From a virus (lineage: Duplodnaviria > Heunggongvirae > Uroviricota > Caudoviricetes): a stretch of 56,565 nt of DNA. Positions 43,649-53,683 of this stretch are shown here, piece by piece. The notes under the pieces were generated by a model. It was not told where the DNA came from, searched no databases, and saw only the letters and a program-made list of their open reading frames with translations. The stretch covers positions 1 through 56,565 of the IMG/VR virus record IMGVR_UViG_3300043788_000176; one strand, written 5' to 3'. Made by a program: the position numbers and the translations under genes. Position 1 is the first letter of the stretch. Each line of letters starts with the position of its first letter.

Positions 43649-44361
43649 TGTGGCGCTTTCGCTTCCTCGCCACGCTGCTGCCGTTGTTATGGGGGATACC
43701 TGCCTCTGCGCAGTTCTTGCCGCTCGGGTCGGGGCCGATTCAGAGCGGTGGCCCGGTTGGCCCCCAGATCGTTCACCAGACCAACTCCTTTTTCTCAAGC
43801 GGCTGCGGAAGTGGTTGCGTAGTAACCATTCCATCTACTGCTTCCGGCAATGCCCTGACGATTGGCGTCGTCGCGTATAGCGGCGTCGCAACATTTACTT
43901 ATAGCGATACACATTCTGACACATGCACAAGTTTGACTGCCGGCGTATCCGGGGGCAGTAGCCTTGCCGGAGGCGGGATCGGCGGGTGCGTGAATATTGC
44001 TTCCGGCAACACCTCGGTAACAGTTATATCTTCTTCGGGAACCGACTTTAATATTGACGTAATAGAATGGTCTAATGTGACCGCGTCACCATTTGAGCAG
44101 GCGGCCAGCACTCCCACTGTTGCGACAAGTACGATCACATGCACGACAGCCGGAGCAACCACTGTCGCTAATGATGCGATATATTTGGTAGGCGGCGGGC
44201 CTAACGGATCGGCCTATACGTCGCCGACAAGTCCTTGGGGTACCACCGGGTCGGGTTTTGATTTTTACCAGATCGGGGCGGCGCTCACAAGTTATAGCGG
44301 GACGGTCACTTATACTTCGGCCACGGCAATGTCCTGTTCAATTGTGGCGATAAAGCCATGA
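43648..44361 (+). CDS. Exported Ser/Thr-rich beta protein
   Basis: MWRFRFLATLLPLLWGIPASA|Q signal peptide; TGATG coupling. Confidence 0.8.
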   Translation: MWRFRFLATLLPLLWGIPASAQFLPLGSGPIQSGGPVGPQIVHQTNSFFSSGCGSGCVVTIPSTASGNALTIGVVAYSGVATFTYSDTHSDTCTSLTAGVSGGSSLAGGGIGGCVNIASGNTSVTVISSSGTDFNIDVIEWSNVTASPFEQAASTPTVATSTITCTTAGATTVANDAIYLVGGGPNGSAYTSPTSPWGTTGSGFDFYQIGAALTSYSGTVTYTSATAMSCSIVAIKP

Positions 44362-45512
44362 AGCGGCTTGCCTTCCTCGCCGCGCTCTTGGCGCTGTGCG
44401 CGTTTAGCCCGCACAGGTTCGCGGGCGGCAACGTCAACAACGGCCCCGGCTGGATTGCCGTCTTCGACGATCAATTTAGCTGTGCGAACAACATGGTGGT
44501 CTGCACCCAGACGCAGACCCCGACCTCGATCACATGGGACAACAGCAACAGCGGGCTCGGCGAGGGCGTCGTCGTGCTCCCGGCCGCATCGAACGTCACC
44601 GGGGTCGGGCAGATCATCAGCTTGTTCGGCTTCACGAACTCCGGCTCGGGAGGCTCTGCGGCGATCAACATCACGAGCGCGGTGGTCGCCTATACTGACA
44701 GCCAGCACTTCAAGATTTGGCTACCCGCGTCTACCGGGGTGTTCGGGACGATTGGCACTTCGGGAGCGGAGCTTGGCTCTGGGGCGTGGTACGGGACTTT
44801 CAGCGGCGGCGGTGGCCCGATCGAGTGGTGCAACTGCATGGGCAACGGCGACACCGAGGGCTGGAACCCCGCTAATCTGACCGTTGGCGCGAGCGGCCTG
44901 TCGATTGCCTTGGTTGATGCCGCCTGGACCGACCCGCTCGACAACGCCCACACCTACAACTATGGCCACATCGACCAGTCAGCCTATCCCGCCGCGACCA
45001 CGACCGAGCCATTCGCGATCGACACCTACGCGCAATTCCCCTACGGCCAAGGATTTCACACAACCTTCTGGGCACTGGGCAGCAATTCGCCAGACGAGCT
45101 TGATGCCGCCGAGAGCTATGGGTTAGGCGATCCCGTCACGCCGATGCACGGCAACATTCACAACTCAAGCGGCTTTAGCACCTACATGAGTTCGACGCTC
45201 TATTCCGATTTCTCGACTGCCTTTCATCAATACACCGGCATTCAAACAGCCACATCGACGACGAGTTACATCGACGGGACTCAAGAGGGCACGACGACCT
45301 CGAACCAGCCAAATCCAACTAGTGTCTGGTATCCGCTTTACGATGTGACCAGCGACAGCCTGTCGGGAGCGCCGGATTTCGCGTGCTCAGGCGGCTCGCC
45401 GTGCCACACGCTGTTGCGGTATTACCGCATCTACAAGTTCGTCAATAGTTGCTCGCGATACGCGACCATCCCATCTCACTCCACTTCGATAGTGCTGGGG
45501 CCAACATGCTGA
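44358..45512 (+). CDS. Exported GH16-like glycoside hydrolase
   Basis: MKRLAFLAALLALCAFSP; VFDDQF; TFWALG..ELDAAE (ExDxxE); FHQYT..YIDG. Confidence 0.75.
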   Translation: MKRLAFLAALLALCAFSPHRFAGGNVNNGPGWIAVFDDQFSCANNMVVCTQTQTPTSITWDNSNSGLGEGVVVLPAASNVTGVGQIISLFGFTNSGSGGSAAINITSAVVAYTDSQHFKIWLPASTGVFGTIGTSGAELGSGAWYGTFSGGGGPIEWCNCMGNGDTEGWNPANLTVGASGLSIALVDAAWTDPLDNAHTYNYGHIDQSAYPAATTTEPFAIDTYAQFPYGQGFHTTFWALGSNSPDELDAAESYGLGDPVTPMHGNIHNSSGFSTYMSSTLYSDFSTAFHQYTGIQTATSTTSYIDGTQEGTTTSNQPNPTSVWYPLYDVTSDSLSGAPDFACSGGSPCHTLLRYYRIYKFVNSCSRYATIPSHSTSIVLGPTC

Positions 45513-45748
45513 AAATTGTCCCGGCTGCTCTCGTGGCAATGACGCTTGCGGCCCCGGCTTGGGCCTCGACCCGGCTGAATGACGCCTACCAGAACTGCAT
45601 TCCGATCATGTCGGCCCATCAGCCGGCGAGCCCCGAAGTCATCAAGGAATGCCAGATGATCGAGCAAAAATACAAGGTGCAGCCGCAAGACAGGCAGTTG
45701 CAGAAGGCACCCCCGATCGACCCTGCCATGAGGGGTGGCCCGAAATGA
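45506..45748 (+). CDS. Small exported protein
   Basis: MLKIVPAALVAMTLAAPAWA|S. Confidence 0.7.
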   Translation: MLKIVPAALVAMTLAAPAWASTRLNDAYQNCIPIMSAHQPASPEVIKECQMIEQKYKVQPQDRQLQKAPPIDPAMRGGPK

Positions 45749-46431
45749 AGTTTCTATTTCGGCTGGTCCTGCTCGTGGGCCTGATATCGACGGCGGCGCA
45801 GGCCCAGACTATCACTGCTCCGACTGGAACCGTTGCGACATCGGACGGGGCTTCGTGGAGCTGGGGCGGGACCGCACCGCAGGCCGGGCAGTACTACGTC
45901 CTGCGCAACGGCGCATCCGCCGACGGCGGTGAGGCCGCGGTCATGGAAGTGTCCGGCGGCGCGCTGTACGCCGAGAACACCTCGGTCTCTCCGGGCGTGT
46001 GGTTCCTGTGGAACGGCTCCGGCTGGACCCAAGAGGCAAGCGCGCCTTCGCCATCGACCGGGGGCGGCACTACCACGACCGGCGGCTCCTCTGGCGGTAG
46101 CACCACGACGCAGCCGAGCGGCAGCGGCCCTACGCTGTTGACGGGGAGCATCACCCTGACAGCGCCGCTCGCGAACTGGTATCTGATGAACTCGTCTTCT
46201 CTTGCGACGGTCACGTTGCCGCCCTGTTCCGCCATCTCTGCCCCTAGCTACTTTGATACAACCGGGGTGGGGCCGCTGGTGCTACAGCTATCGTCAGGAT
46301 CGTGGGTCGATCAGCCGCCTGGTGCTCAGACAGTCGGACTGTGGGTCTATGGCCCCAGCGCAACTGCTTGGGTTTCGAGCGACGGGACGAACTGTCATAT
46401 CTCCTTTGGGGGCGCTCCCCCCGCGTCATGA
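45745..46431 (+). CDS. Exported two-domain beta protein
   Basis: MKFLFRLVLLVGLISTAAQA|Q; S/T/G linker. Confidence 0.8.
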   Translation: MKFLFRLVLLVGLISTAAQAQTITAPTGTVATSDGASWSWGGTAPQAGQYYVLRNGASADGGEAAVMEVSGGALYAENTSVSPGVWFLWNGSGWTQEASAPSPSTGGGTTTTGGSSGGSTTTQPSGSGPTLLTGSITLTAPLANWYLMNSSSLATVTLPPCSAISAPSYFDTTGVGPLVLQLSSGSWVDQPPGAQTVGLWVYGPSATAWVSSDGTNCHISFGGAPPAS

Positions 46432-49400
46432 GCGAAGTCGCCAAAGCCGCCCTGCGGTTCACGACGCGCCGCAATTTTCTGCTCGGTTCGACCAGCGCGG
46501 TTGCGATCGGCGTATTGCCGCTGAAGGCGCGGGCGTTTCAGCGGCTTGGGCATGATTTCGGCGGCGGTGCCGCTGGCTCCGGGCCGCCGCCCCAGATGAT
46601 CGCGTCGATCACTCTCTCGCCGACAACCTATACGGCCGGGGTAGCGAACGGCGTCGTCGGCACCGTCACGGTGCTGATGAGCAACGGCAACTCGCCGGGG
46701 CCGAGCGGCACCCTGTCGATCACCGGAACGAACAGTGGCGGATTCCATCTGTCGGGTACGTCGTCGGGTGCGTCCCTGCTGCAAAACTCGGGGGGTACCA
46801 CTGGCGTCGGGCCGTATAGCGACTTCAACATCGTCTATACGCAAGCCGGCATCTCGAACTCGCCGCAGCAGATCACGCCGACGGTGGAGCAAACAGCGCC
46901 GCTGTCGTTCACGCTTACGAATGACGGCAGTTCGACGCAGGCTGCTGGCGTTGCGACGCAGACCATCGGCCTGCCCTTCAAGCAGGGGGACATCGCCTCT
47001 GGGAACGTCCCCGAGTTCACCGTCAGCAGCGTCGCGCAGCCCTTCTCAGCCGGCTTGCAGAGCTACTGGACCGACGGATCGCTGAAGTTCGTCTCGGTCA
47101 TGCTGCTGCCGACATTCAGCCTCGCCGCTGGTATATCCCAACAGATCACGATCACCCCGGTCAGCGGCTCATGGCCCGCTGCGTCCAGCCGATCTCTGAC
47201 CGAGGTCTACGCCCAAAACCTCGTGGTGAATGCGCCGCCGCTCGCCATAGCCGATACCAGCGGCTACGCAAATGGTCAGCAGCCGGGCGGCGGCGTGGCG
47301 ATGCACGCTTGGCTGAACGGTGATGCGAACACCTACAACGTCTCGGTGTGGATGGACGGGGCGGCAGGGAAAATCTGGCGCATCAGCACGAAGATGGCGG
47401 CGACACAGGGCGGCTCGCCCGACAGCTTCCTGCGCTTTGACCACTATATAGCGGCGCTCAACAATTCGAGCGGCGGTCTCGCGGGGTTTCGCTGGCTTGG
47501 CCGGATGCGGATGCCAAGCTACGCGGCAACAAACGCGAGCAACTGCAACTTCTTCTGCCAACCCCCAAACAGCGGGAGCCCGACAAGCGGCCTGAACTGG
47601 CAGGCCGCCGGGACTACCTACCTGCCGCCGTGGCCGTTTGCTGCGGCGACCGACATGACATCGAATGTCAAATGGGCCACCACCAACGGCACGGTTTCCA
47701 ATGGTTCGGGCGGAGCCGGCAACACCTTTACTACCGGATCGGGCTTAACGGGAACGATCTCAATTGATGATAACGTCACCGGCGCCGGGATAGGTGGCGG
47801 GGCATATATCGCAAGTCAGCTTACTGGACCAACCGGCGGCCAAGGCACATACGCTTTGGGCAACATCCCCGGTGGCGGGATCAACGTCGGCCCAGAACTA
47901 ATTTCTATTCCTGGCGTGTTCGGCAGTACACAAGCGCTTTCCTGGATTACTACGAATAACAACAACTTGGTGCCTGTGCAGTGGTCAGGCTCAACGATCA
48001 CGCTAGAAGGCACCAGCACGGTCATAGCCTCCGGCGGCTGCTGGTGGGGCGCGATAAATAATGCCGCAGCTTCCACCGGCAATTTTACCTTCTCCGCTAC
48101 CGCAAATCTGCTGGCCCCCGCAACACCTCTTAATCCGGTCACAGGCACGGCGACTCCAGTAGTTGGGCTTACGCCGTTCACGTCGCTAATCTTCGACACC
48201 GTTGACGCGGAGTACAACTATTTCCAGGGAAGCGGTAGCCAGGCCGCGGAAACGACACTGCGGTCGCAGATCAATCAGACTTACTGGCTATTGACGAGGG
48301 TGATGCCGCCGTATACGCTCAACAGCACTATCACTGGGGCCACGTTCGGCGGCATCATCACTGATACCACCTATCCGTTCAACCGCAATTTCTACAACTC
48401 CCTGACGATTGAGTCGAATATCAGTGGCGCTGGAGATAGCGAGTTCATCGGCGCGCTCACATCATTTAACCTCATCGAGTTCTACAACCAGAGCAAGCTG
48501 AGCCTGAAGATCAATCGCATCGTGAGCCACTCGGCGAGCATGATGTGCTCGGACTTCAAAGACCCGACCCTCGACACCGCGCCTAACCTGACTGATGTCG
48601 CGTACACGGGGCTGTCCGCACCTAACACAACGACGAACTTAGCGCTCTCCTGGAACGGCAATTCGCAGGATGCTGTCGGGTTTACTGGGCCGGGGCCAAC
48701 AGGATTGCCCAATGGCGCCTTGTTCTATGCCGCCACCGACCCGTCGCACGTCCCTTTCTTCAACTACTACACCTATCTCCGCACCGGGGAGCTTCAGCAT
48801 TACGACCTGTTGTGCGAATTGGCGCTAGGATATCTGTTGGGGACAGCAGCCAGGAACCCCCGCGCCGCAAACGGCGACAGCCCTTACGATGCCAATGCCA
48901 TCGCCACTTATGAAATCCAGGAAAACCGAGCGACGGGATGGATGCTGCGGACGCTCGCCGCTGCTGCTCATGTCGCACCCTGGAATCCATCGAGTCCCAG
49001 CACGCCGGATTTCGACGGCACTCAGCGATCGAAGTATTTCAATGACCTGACAGACGCCAACGCCTCATTCTTGATCGACTGCTGGAACGCGAACCCGAGC
49101 GGCACCTTCACGCCATACGCGGCCGGCGCGAGTATGTGGACACAGTACAATGTGAATGACAACGGCAATCCTGTGTACTGGGGTAATGGACCGCTGTGGG
49201 AGCAGTGCTACATCGGGCTCGGGGCCTGCTACGCCGCGCTGCGAAACAACGGTGCCGTGACGACGAAGGCGCTCGCGTTTGCCGAATTGCTCATCACACG
49301 CATGAATTACATCAACACGACCTATGGCGGCTATTATCCGTGCTACGGCTATGGGCAGTCGGTTGTGGTTAATAACACAAACCAAGGCCCCAACGGCGGC

Positions 49401-49982
49401 TATCCGCTGATTAGCGCCGACGATCAGTATGTAATAAGCCAAATCTTCGCGATGCCGTCCGGCCCGAATTGGGCACCAAACTCCGGCGGCAGCACCAATG
49501 CATTTACGTTCCCCAGCGTGCTGCCGCAGGGGTGGCAGCCGGCGAATGGGGACGTGCTGATACCCTATGAGCAGAACGGGCCGCCCTACCCGCCCGAGAT
49601 GACTCAGCCTGGCCCGTGGTACATCGTTGGGATCAACTTTGCGCCAGGCGGTGGGAATTATTGCAGCTTCAATGTGTCAGCGACGCGGGGCGGCTCCCCG
49701 CTCGCCATCACAAGCTCCGGAAGTACGGCGATCCTCAGCTACATGCCTGGACCAACGAACATGCCCGCGACCGCGACTCCCTATTCTGGCAACTTCATGT
49801 GGCAGTGTGGGTATCTCACCGCGTGGGGCACAGCGCTCGGGGTGTCGGGTGGGAGCGCCATAATAACAGATATCGCGGCTCGCAATACAGCGACAGGCAA
49901 CCCGAACAGCATCCACCAACTGCTCTTTGGCGACCCGTATAATACGGTAGATGCCAGGTATGCTTGGACAGATGCCTACTGA
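46428..49982 (+). CDS. Large Tat-signal protein, probable polysaccharide lyase/glycanase (PcRGLX/YetA-like)
   Basis: TTRRNFLLG..KARA|F twin-arginine signal; GLPFKQGDI..YWTDGSLKF; YLRTGE and ENRATGWMLRTL helical-toroid-like motifs. Confidence 0.75.
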   Translation: MSEVAKAALRFTTRRNFLLGSTSAVAIGVLPLKARAFQRLGHDFGGGAAGSGPPPQMIASITLSPTTYTAGVANGVVGTVTVLMSNGNSPGPSGTLSITGTNSGGFHLSGTSSGASLLQNSGGTTGVGPYSDFNIVYTQAGISNSPQQITPTVEQTAPLSFTLTNDGSSTQAAGVATQTIGLPFKQGDIASGNVPEFTVSSVAQPFSAGLQSYWTDGSLKFVSVMLLPTFSLAAGISQQITITPVSGSWPAASSRSLTEVYAQNLVVNAPPLAIADTSGYANGQQPGGGVAMHAWLNGDANTYNVSVWMDGAAGKIWRISTKMAATQGGSPDSFLRFDHYIAALNNSSGGLAGFRWLGRMRMPSYAATNASNCNFFCQPPNSGSPTSGLNWQAAGTTYLPPWPFAAATDMTSNVKWATTNGTVSNGSGGAGNTFTTGSGLTGTISIDDNVTGAGIGGGAYIASQLTGPTGGQGTYALGNIPGGGINVGPELISIPGVFGSTQALSWITTNNNNLVPVQWSGSTITLEGTSTVIASGGCWWGAINNAAASTGNFTFSATANLLAPATPLNPVTGTATPVVGLTPFTSLIFDTVDAEYNYFQGSGSQAAETTLRSQINQTYWLLTRVMPPYTLNSTITGATFGGIITDTTYPFNRNFYNSLTIESNISGAGDSEFIGALTSFNLIEFYNQSKLSLKINRIVSHSASMMCSDFKDPTLDTAPNLTDVAYTGLSAPNTTTNLALSWNGNSQDAVGFTGPGPTGLPNGALFYAATDPSHVPFFNYYTYLRTGELQHYDLLCELALGYLLGTAARNPRAANGDSPYDANAIATYEIQENRATGWMLRTLAAAAHVAPWNPSSPSTPDFDGTQRSKYFNDLTDANASFLIDCWNANPSGTFTPYAAGASMWTQYNVNDNGNPVYWGNGPLWEQCYIGLGACYAALRNNGAVTTKALAFAELLITRMNYINTTYGGYYPCYGYGQSVVVNNTNQGPNGGYPLISADDQYVISQIFAMPSGPNWAPNSGGSTNAFTFPSVLPQGWQPANGDVLIPYEQNGPPYPPEMTQPGPWYIVGINFAPGGGNYCSFNVSATRGGSPLAITSSGSTAILSYMPGPTNMPATATPYSGNFMWQCGYLTAWGTALGVSGGSAIITDIAARNTATGNPNSIHQLLFGDPYNTVDARYAWTDAY

Positions 49983-50183
49983 GTGCATGAGGCCCAGAAG
50001 ATGATCATCCGCGAGCACGTCTTCAACAACACCCCGGCGAGCGACAAATGCACGGTGCCCGGCTGCGGGGTGGCGTATGCCGAGCGACTCGATCATGCCT
50101 GCCAGGAGCGCACGGCATCGCAGCGGGGAACCGTGAGAAGGATCGAGATCGACGGTATCGTCATCGAGGGACCGGATGCGTGA
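49983..50183 (+). CDS. Small hypothetical protein
   Basis: HVF..CTVPGCG; overlaps the next gene. Confidence 0.5.
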   Translation: MHEAQKMIIREHVFNNTPASDKCTVPGCGVAYAERLDHACQERTASQRGTVRRIEIDGIVIEGPDA

Positions 50184-50832
50184 ACTGCCTATGGCTGGGG
50201 CGCTCTCGGCCCTACTTGCACTGGCGGCGTGCTCGTCCGTTCCGGCACCGCCGACTCAGCCGACCTCAGCCAACATCGTCGCCATACAGCAGGAACTCGC
50301 GGCCGAGCAGGTCGCCGGGCTGACGCCGCTGCAGGCGCTGGAATACGGTATCCTCGGCGAGCAGCGGGCTTGCGACGCGTGGCTGGAGGCGTCGGCGTCG
50401 CGGGCGAACAAGATCGCGAACGCGCAGAACGCGCTGTCGACCGCGACCGGTGCGACGGCCGGGATTATGGGTATCCTCGGTGCCGGTGGCCCAGCAGTCG
50501 CGGGCGCCGCGGTGGGTGGGACGTTCCTCGGAAACCTCCTGACGACGCAAGCCGGTGCCGGGTTGTCCGATGGCGATGCGTATCTGATCGCGAACGCCCT
50601 ACAGCAGTACGAGGCGAACCTAACGATGCCGACCGATCTGGCATCGGCGAGCCTCCAGATCGAGGGAGCCTGGATGACGTGCAATCAGTTTGCGGCGAAC
50701 CAGTACGGCGAGCGCGCCAAGCTGACGGCGCAGGTGACGGCATCGAGTTCGTCGCTTTCGCAAGCACTGCAGCGCAACACGGGGCTGTACGTGCTGCCGC
50801 CGGTGCCGGTAGTGTCGATCAACGGGCATTAA
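50176..50832 (+). CDS. Lipoprotein
   Basis: LLALAA|C lipobox. Confidence 0.75.
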   Translation: MRELPMAGALSALLALAACSSVPAPPTQPTSANIVAIQQELAAEQVAGLTPLQALEYGILGEQRACDAWLEASASRANKIANAQNALSTATGATAGIMGILGAGGPAVAGAAVGGTFLGNLLTTQAGAGLSDGDAYLIANALQQYEANLTMPTDLASASLQIEGAWMTCNQFAANQYGERAKLTAQVTASSSSLSQALQRNTGLYVLPPVPVVSINGH

Positions 50833-50844
50833 GGAAGAAACCTC

Positions 50845-51249
50845 ATGACCTCTGAGACGCTCGCCACTCTGGTGGACGAGGTGCGCTGCAAGCCAGGCTG
50901 GTCTTTCCGCGTCGTTGAAGAGGACGGCGCGGGACGATTGGTAATAACGGTGGCGGGTTACGATAGCAGCCAACCGTCCAAAAGGGTGCCGTTCACGGTG
51001 CGGCACTTCTTCCCGATACCACAGGCCACGTACAACGAGAAAACGTGGCGGCGGTGGATCTTCGAGCAATGCCGACGGCTGGAGAATCACGAACTTGGAG
51101 AATGGTTCAGGATCGGGGCGGAGCGGCCCTTTCAGCCCCTGCACGGCCCGGGCGAAGACCCGTACACGGTTCATGAGTTTCGTCCCGAGACCGACGCGCT
51201 GACGACTCAGGACGGTTCCATGCGAGAACCGTATGGCGATCAGAAATGA
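50845..51249 (+). CDS. Conserved phage hypothetical protein
   Basis: AAGGAAG RBS; E.HELGEWF..RPF.PLHGPGEDPY motif. Confidence 0.75.
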   Translation: MTSETLATLVDEVRCKPGWSFRVVEEDGAGRLVITVAGYDSSQPSKRVPFTVRHFFPIPQATYNEKTWRRWIFEQCRRLENHELGEWFRIGAERPFQPLHGPGEDPYTVHEFRPETDALTTQDGSMREPYGDQK

Positions 51250-51691
51250 TGAGAAAGGTAGCAAAGTGAACCTGCGCGATTTCGAGTTCGGCAACCCGAA
51301 AGTGAACGCTGCGGGCTTCTCGTGTTGCGGTAAGCCGGTGGGCTGCACGATCAAAAGCGACGGCTGTGCGTATCTGCATCATCCCTGGAAGCGCGCGCAT
51401 GTCTTCGGCGATCCAACGGTACGCTGCCAAGCTAAAAGCATAGGACCATACCCCATTGATGCGACGCCACATTCTTGGATCGGGACGGCGTTAGACCGGA
51501 AGACCTGCAAAAAATGTGGGATTACTATACGTCAGGATGGGCGTGTGTACCCCGAAAACTACTCTGTGCTTTCTGGTCCGCAGCCTTATGCTGCTCCTCC
51601 TTGTGGCGGCGGTGACATCATGGAATGGCCATGCTCTTTGAAACACGGACACGAGGGCGAGTGTGTCCCTGAGCCGATCCGGGTGCGCTGA
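51233..51691 (+). CDS. Cys/His-rich hypothetical protein
   Basis: Multiple CxxC and CxLxxGHxGxC motifs. Confidence 0.6.
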   Translation: MAIRNDEKGSKVNLRDFEFGNPKVNAAGFSCCGKPVGCTIKSDGCAYLHHPWKRAHVFGDPTVRCQAKSIGPYPIDATPHSWIGTALDRKTCKKCGITIRQDGRVYPENYSVLSGPQPYAAPPCGGGDIMEWPCSLKHGHEGECVPEPIRVR

Positions 51692-51879
51692 TGATCATTA
51701 CGTTGACGGCATTTGATGGGGTCGAATATGGAACGGCCGATGTCGCCGAAGGACTCTATCCGTCTGTGATCATTTGGAAGGGGAAAGCGTTTACACCCGC
51801 CCCTGGAGAAAATGCTTACCAGCAAGAGTCGGTGAACTTCCTGGCAGACGACGACGTGACGGGGCCGATCACGCCATGA
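51691..51879 (+). CDS. Small hypothetical protein
   Basis: TGATG coupling. Confidence 0.6.
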   Translation: MIITLTAFDGVEYGTADVAEGLYPSVIIWKGKAFTPAPGENAYQQESVNFLADDDVTGPITP

Positions 51880-52079
51880 AATTCTCCCGCGTCACCCTTG
51901 CCGAATTCAAGGTCTGCGTGCGCGCGATCTACGCCTTCGGCTCCGGCTACAAGCTCGGCGAGAACTACCGCCTCGGAGCGATCGAAGAGTCGCCCGCCAA
52001 GAAAGCCGATCCCGAGGCTTGGCAACTCGGCTACGATCTGGCAACTAAGCGTCACGTTTACTCTAGGAGCGGCCCATGA
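51876..52079 (+). CDS. Small hypothetical protein
   Basis: ATGA overlap chain. Confidence 0.6.
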   Translation: MKFSRVTLAEFKVCVRAIYAFGSGYKLGENYRLGAIEESPAKKADPEAWQLGYDLATKRHVYSRSGP

Positions 52080-52276
52080 CCTATTCCGTGGACGAATTGC
52101 GGTACTTACTGGCAAACATCGAGGGGGACCGCAGTTATAGCGGTCCGGTGCTTCAAACCGTGGACAGCACGCGAGTTCTGATCGGCGGTGTCAGAATGTT
52201 GGGCGAGTATCCGAGGGATCAGTGGGGCGACAAGGTGCGCGAGATGATCGCGGCGGCGACATGCCCTACGACATAA
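52076..52276 (+). CDS. Small hypothetical protein
   Basis: AGGAG RBS, ATGA overlap. Confidence 0.6.
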   Translation: MTYSVDELRYLLANIEGDRSYSGPVLQTVDSTRVLIGGVRMLGEYPRDQWGDKVREMIAAATCPTT

Positions 52277-52479
52277 GCACCCCGGCGGCCGAGGAACGCT
52301 GCCGCTACTCTTGTAAAGACCCGCGCTGTCGTCCAGATGGCTGCGGCTATCGGCAGTGGCGAGAGGCGAACGGTTGGGTTCGGTCAGTATCGGATCAAAC
52401 GCCGGCGGAATCATTGCGTGATTTGGCGCGGGGCCAAGATGACGATGATGGCGTGATCGTTACTGGACCGCCATCGTGA
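52261..52479 (+). CDS. Small Cys-containing hypothetical protein
   Basis: Overlapping tandem ORF. Confidence 0.5.
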   Translation: MPYDISTPAAEERCRYSCKDPRCRPDGCGYRQWREANGWVRSVSDQTPAESLRDLARGQDDDDGVIVTGPPS

Positions 52480-52498
52480 CCATTTGCGGAGCAGACTC

Positions 52499-52672
52499 AT
52501 GACAAAATCGCCTGAGTTCGAGAAGATCACGGCCGACACTATCAAGAGCATCAAGGAGGACTTTCAGAAGTCGCTCGAACCGAACGTCGCGCATCGGCGG
52601 AATCTCGACAAAGCGATCGTCGAGCAGGTCGAGGCCGATCTCGATGGGCTGGTGAAGAAGCATAGCGAATGA
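52499..52672 (+). CDS. Small helical hypothetical protein
   Basis: GGAG RBS, ATG 52499. Confidence 0.6.
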   Translation: MTKSPEFEKITADTIKSIKEDFQKSLEPNVAHRRNLDKAIVEQVEADLDGLVKKHSE

Positions 52673-52863
52673 TCGTAGATAAACTTCCGCCCGGTCCGGC
52701 TTTTATCCAAGGGCCATATTGCTTGTATTGTCGCAAAGTCGGGTTTTGGCATTGCGGGTCGGGGGCCGAGTATTGCGGAGGGACGCCACCGATCCCCGGC
52801 TATATCTGGCAGCCGGCAACGATTGGCACTGCGGCCGGTTGGATACGGGGGAAAGCTGAATGA
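52669..52863 (+). CDS. Small zinc-finger hypothetical protein
   Basis: CLYC..HC..C; ATGA overlap. Confidence 0.55.
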   Translation: MIVDKLPPGPAFIQGPYCLYCRKVGFWHCGSGAEYCGGTPPIPGYIWQPATIGTAAGWIRGKAE

Positions 52864-53522
52864 TCGTCGCCACCGCCGTCCCAAGCCTTGGTTTCGACAG
52901 CGACACGGTGGTGTCAGCCGCTGTCGCTAAGCAATTCTTTAGCTTGGGATATCGGTGGTGTGCACGGTATGTCTCGCGCAGCGCGCCAGAGGCCGGGGAT
53001 CTGACACCCGAGGAAATCTCCACTATCCTCGCTGCCGGTCTGGCATTGATCGTCGTGCAGCATGCGCCTGAGCCGAACTGGACGCCGAATGACGCTGAGG
53101 GTTTGGCTTGGGGCCACGCTGCTGTTGCCAATGTCAGGGCGCTCGGCATCCCGCCGGGGCTGTCGATCGCCAAAGATCACGAAGGCGTCAATGTGAGCGG
53201 CAGGGCGAGCACGGTTGCGGCGGTTTCGGCGGCGCACATCAATTCATGGTCTGCGGTGGTGAGAACCGCCGAGTACCAGCCATTGCTCTATGTGGGGTTC
53301 GACTGCGGTCTCGACGCGACACAATTGTACGACAATCTGACGCCGACCCGCTATTGGAAATCGGCCTCTAATGTGCCCACGCCAGTAAAGCGCGGGTACT
53401 GCATGGAGCAGTTGAACATCAACCAAACGCGTGTGGTAGACGGACAGCCATTCTCCTATGATGAGGACGTAATCATGGCAGACGCGCTGGGCGGTTTGCC
53501 GAAATGGGCAGTGGGGGGATGA
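52860..53522 (+). CDS. DUF1906-family glycoside hydrolase, putative endolysin
   Basis: GYRWCARYVS..DLTPEEI..AGLALIVV..G...G..AV..ALGIPPG..EG..LYVG. Confidence 0.8.
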   Translation: MIVATAVPSLGFDSDTVVSAAVAKQFFSLGYRWCARYVSRSAPEAGDLTPEEISTILAAGLALIVVQHAPEPNWTPNDAEGLAWGHAAVANVRALGIPPGLSIAKDHEGVNVSGRASTVAAVSAAHINSWSAVVRTAEYQPLLYVGFDCGLDATQLYDNLTPTRYWKSASNVPTPVKRGYCMEQLNINQTRVVDGQPFSYDEDVIMADALGGLPKWAVGG

Positions 53523-53683
53523 GATATTTGATAACCTTCTGGCGTGCGCTGCGGAAGCACCGTAAGCGGGGCAACATCCGCATCCCGCCGCTTGGCTTCA
53601 TCAAGGCTCGCCGAATGGCGCAGGCCGAGCGGATGATCCTGCGTGGCCCCCCGTATCGTAAGCCGCGTTGGTGGGCGACGTGA
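53519..53683 (+). CDS. Small basic protein
   Basis: ATGA overlap, 54 codons, not in the supplied track (under 60 aa). Confidence 0.45.
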   Translation: MRYLITFWRALRKHRKRGNIRIPPLGFIKARRMAQAERMILRGPPYRKPRWWAT

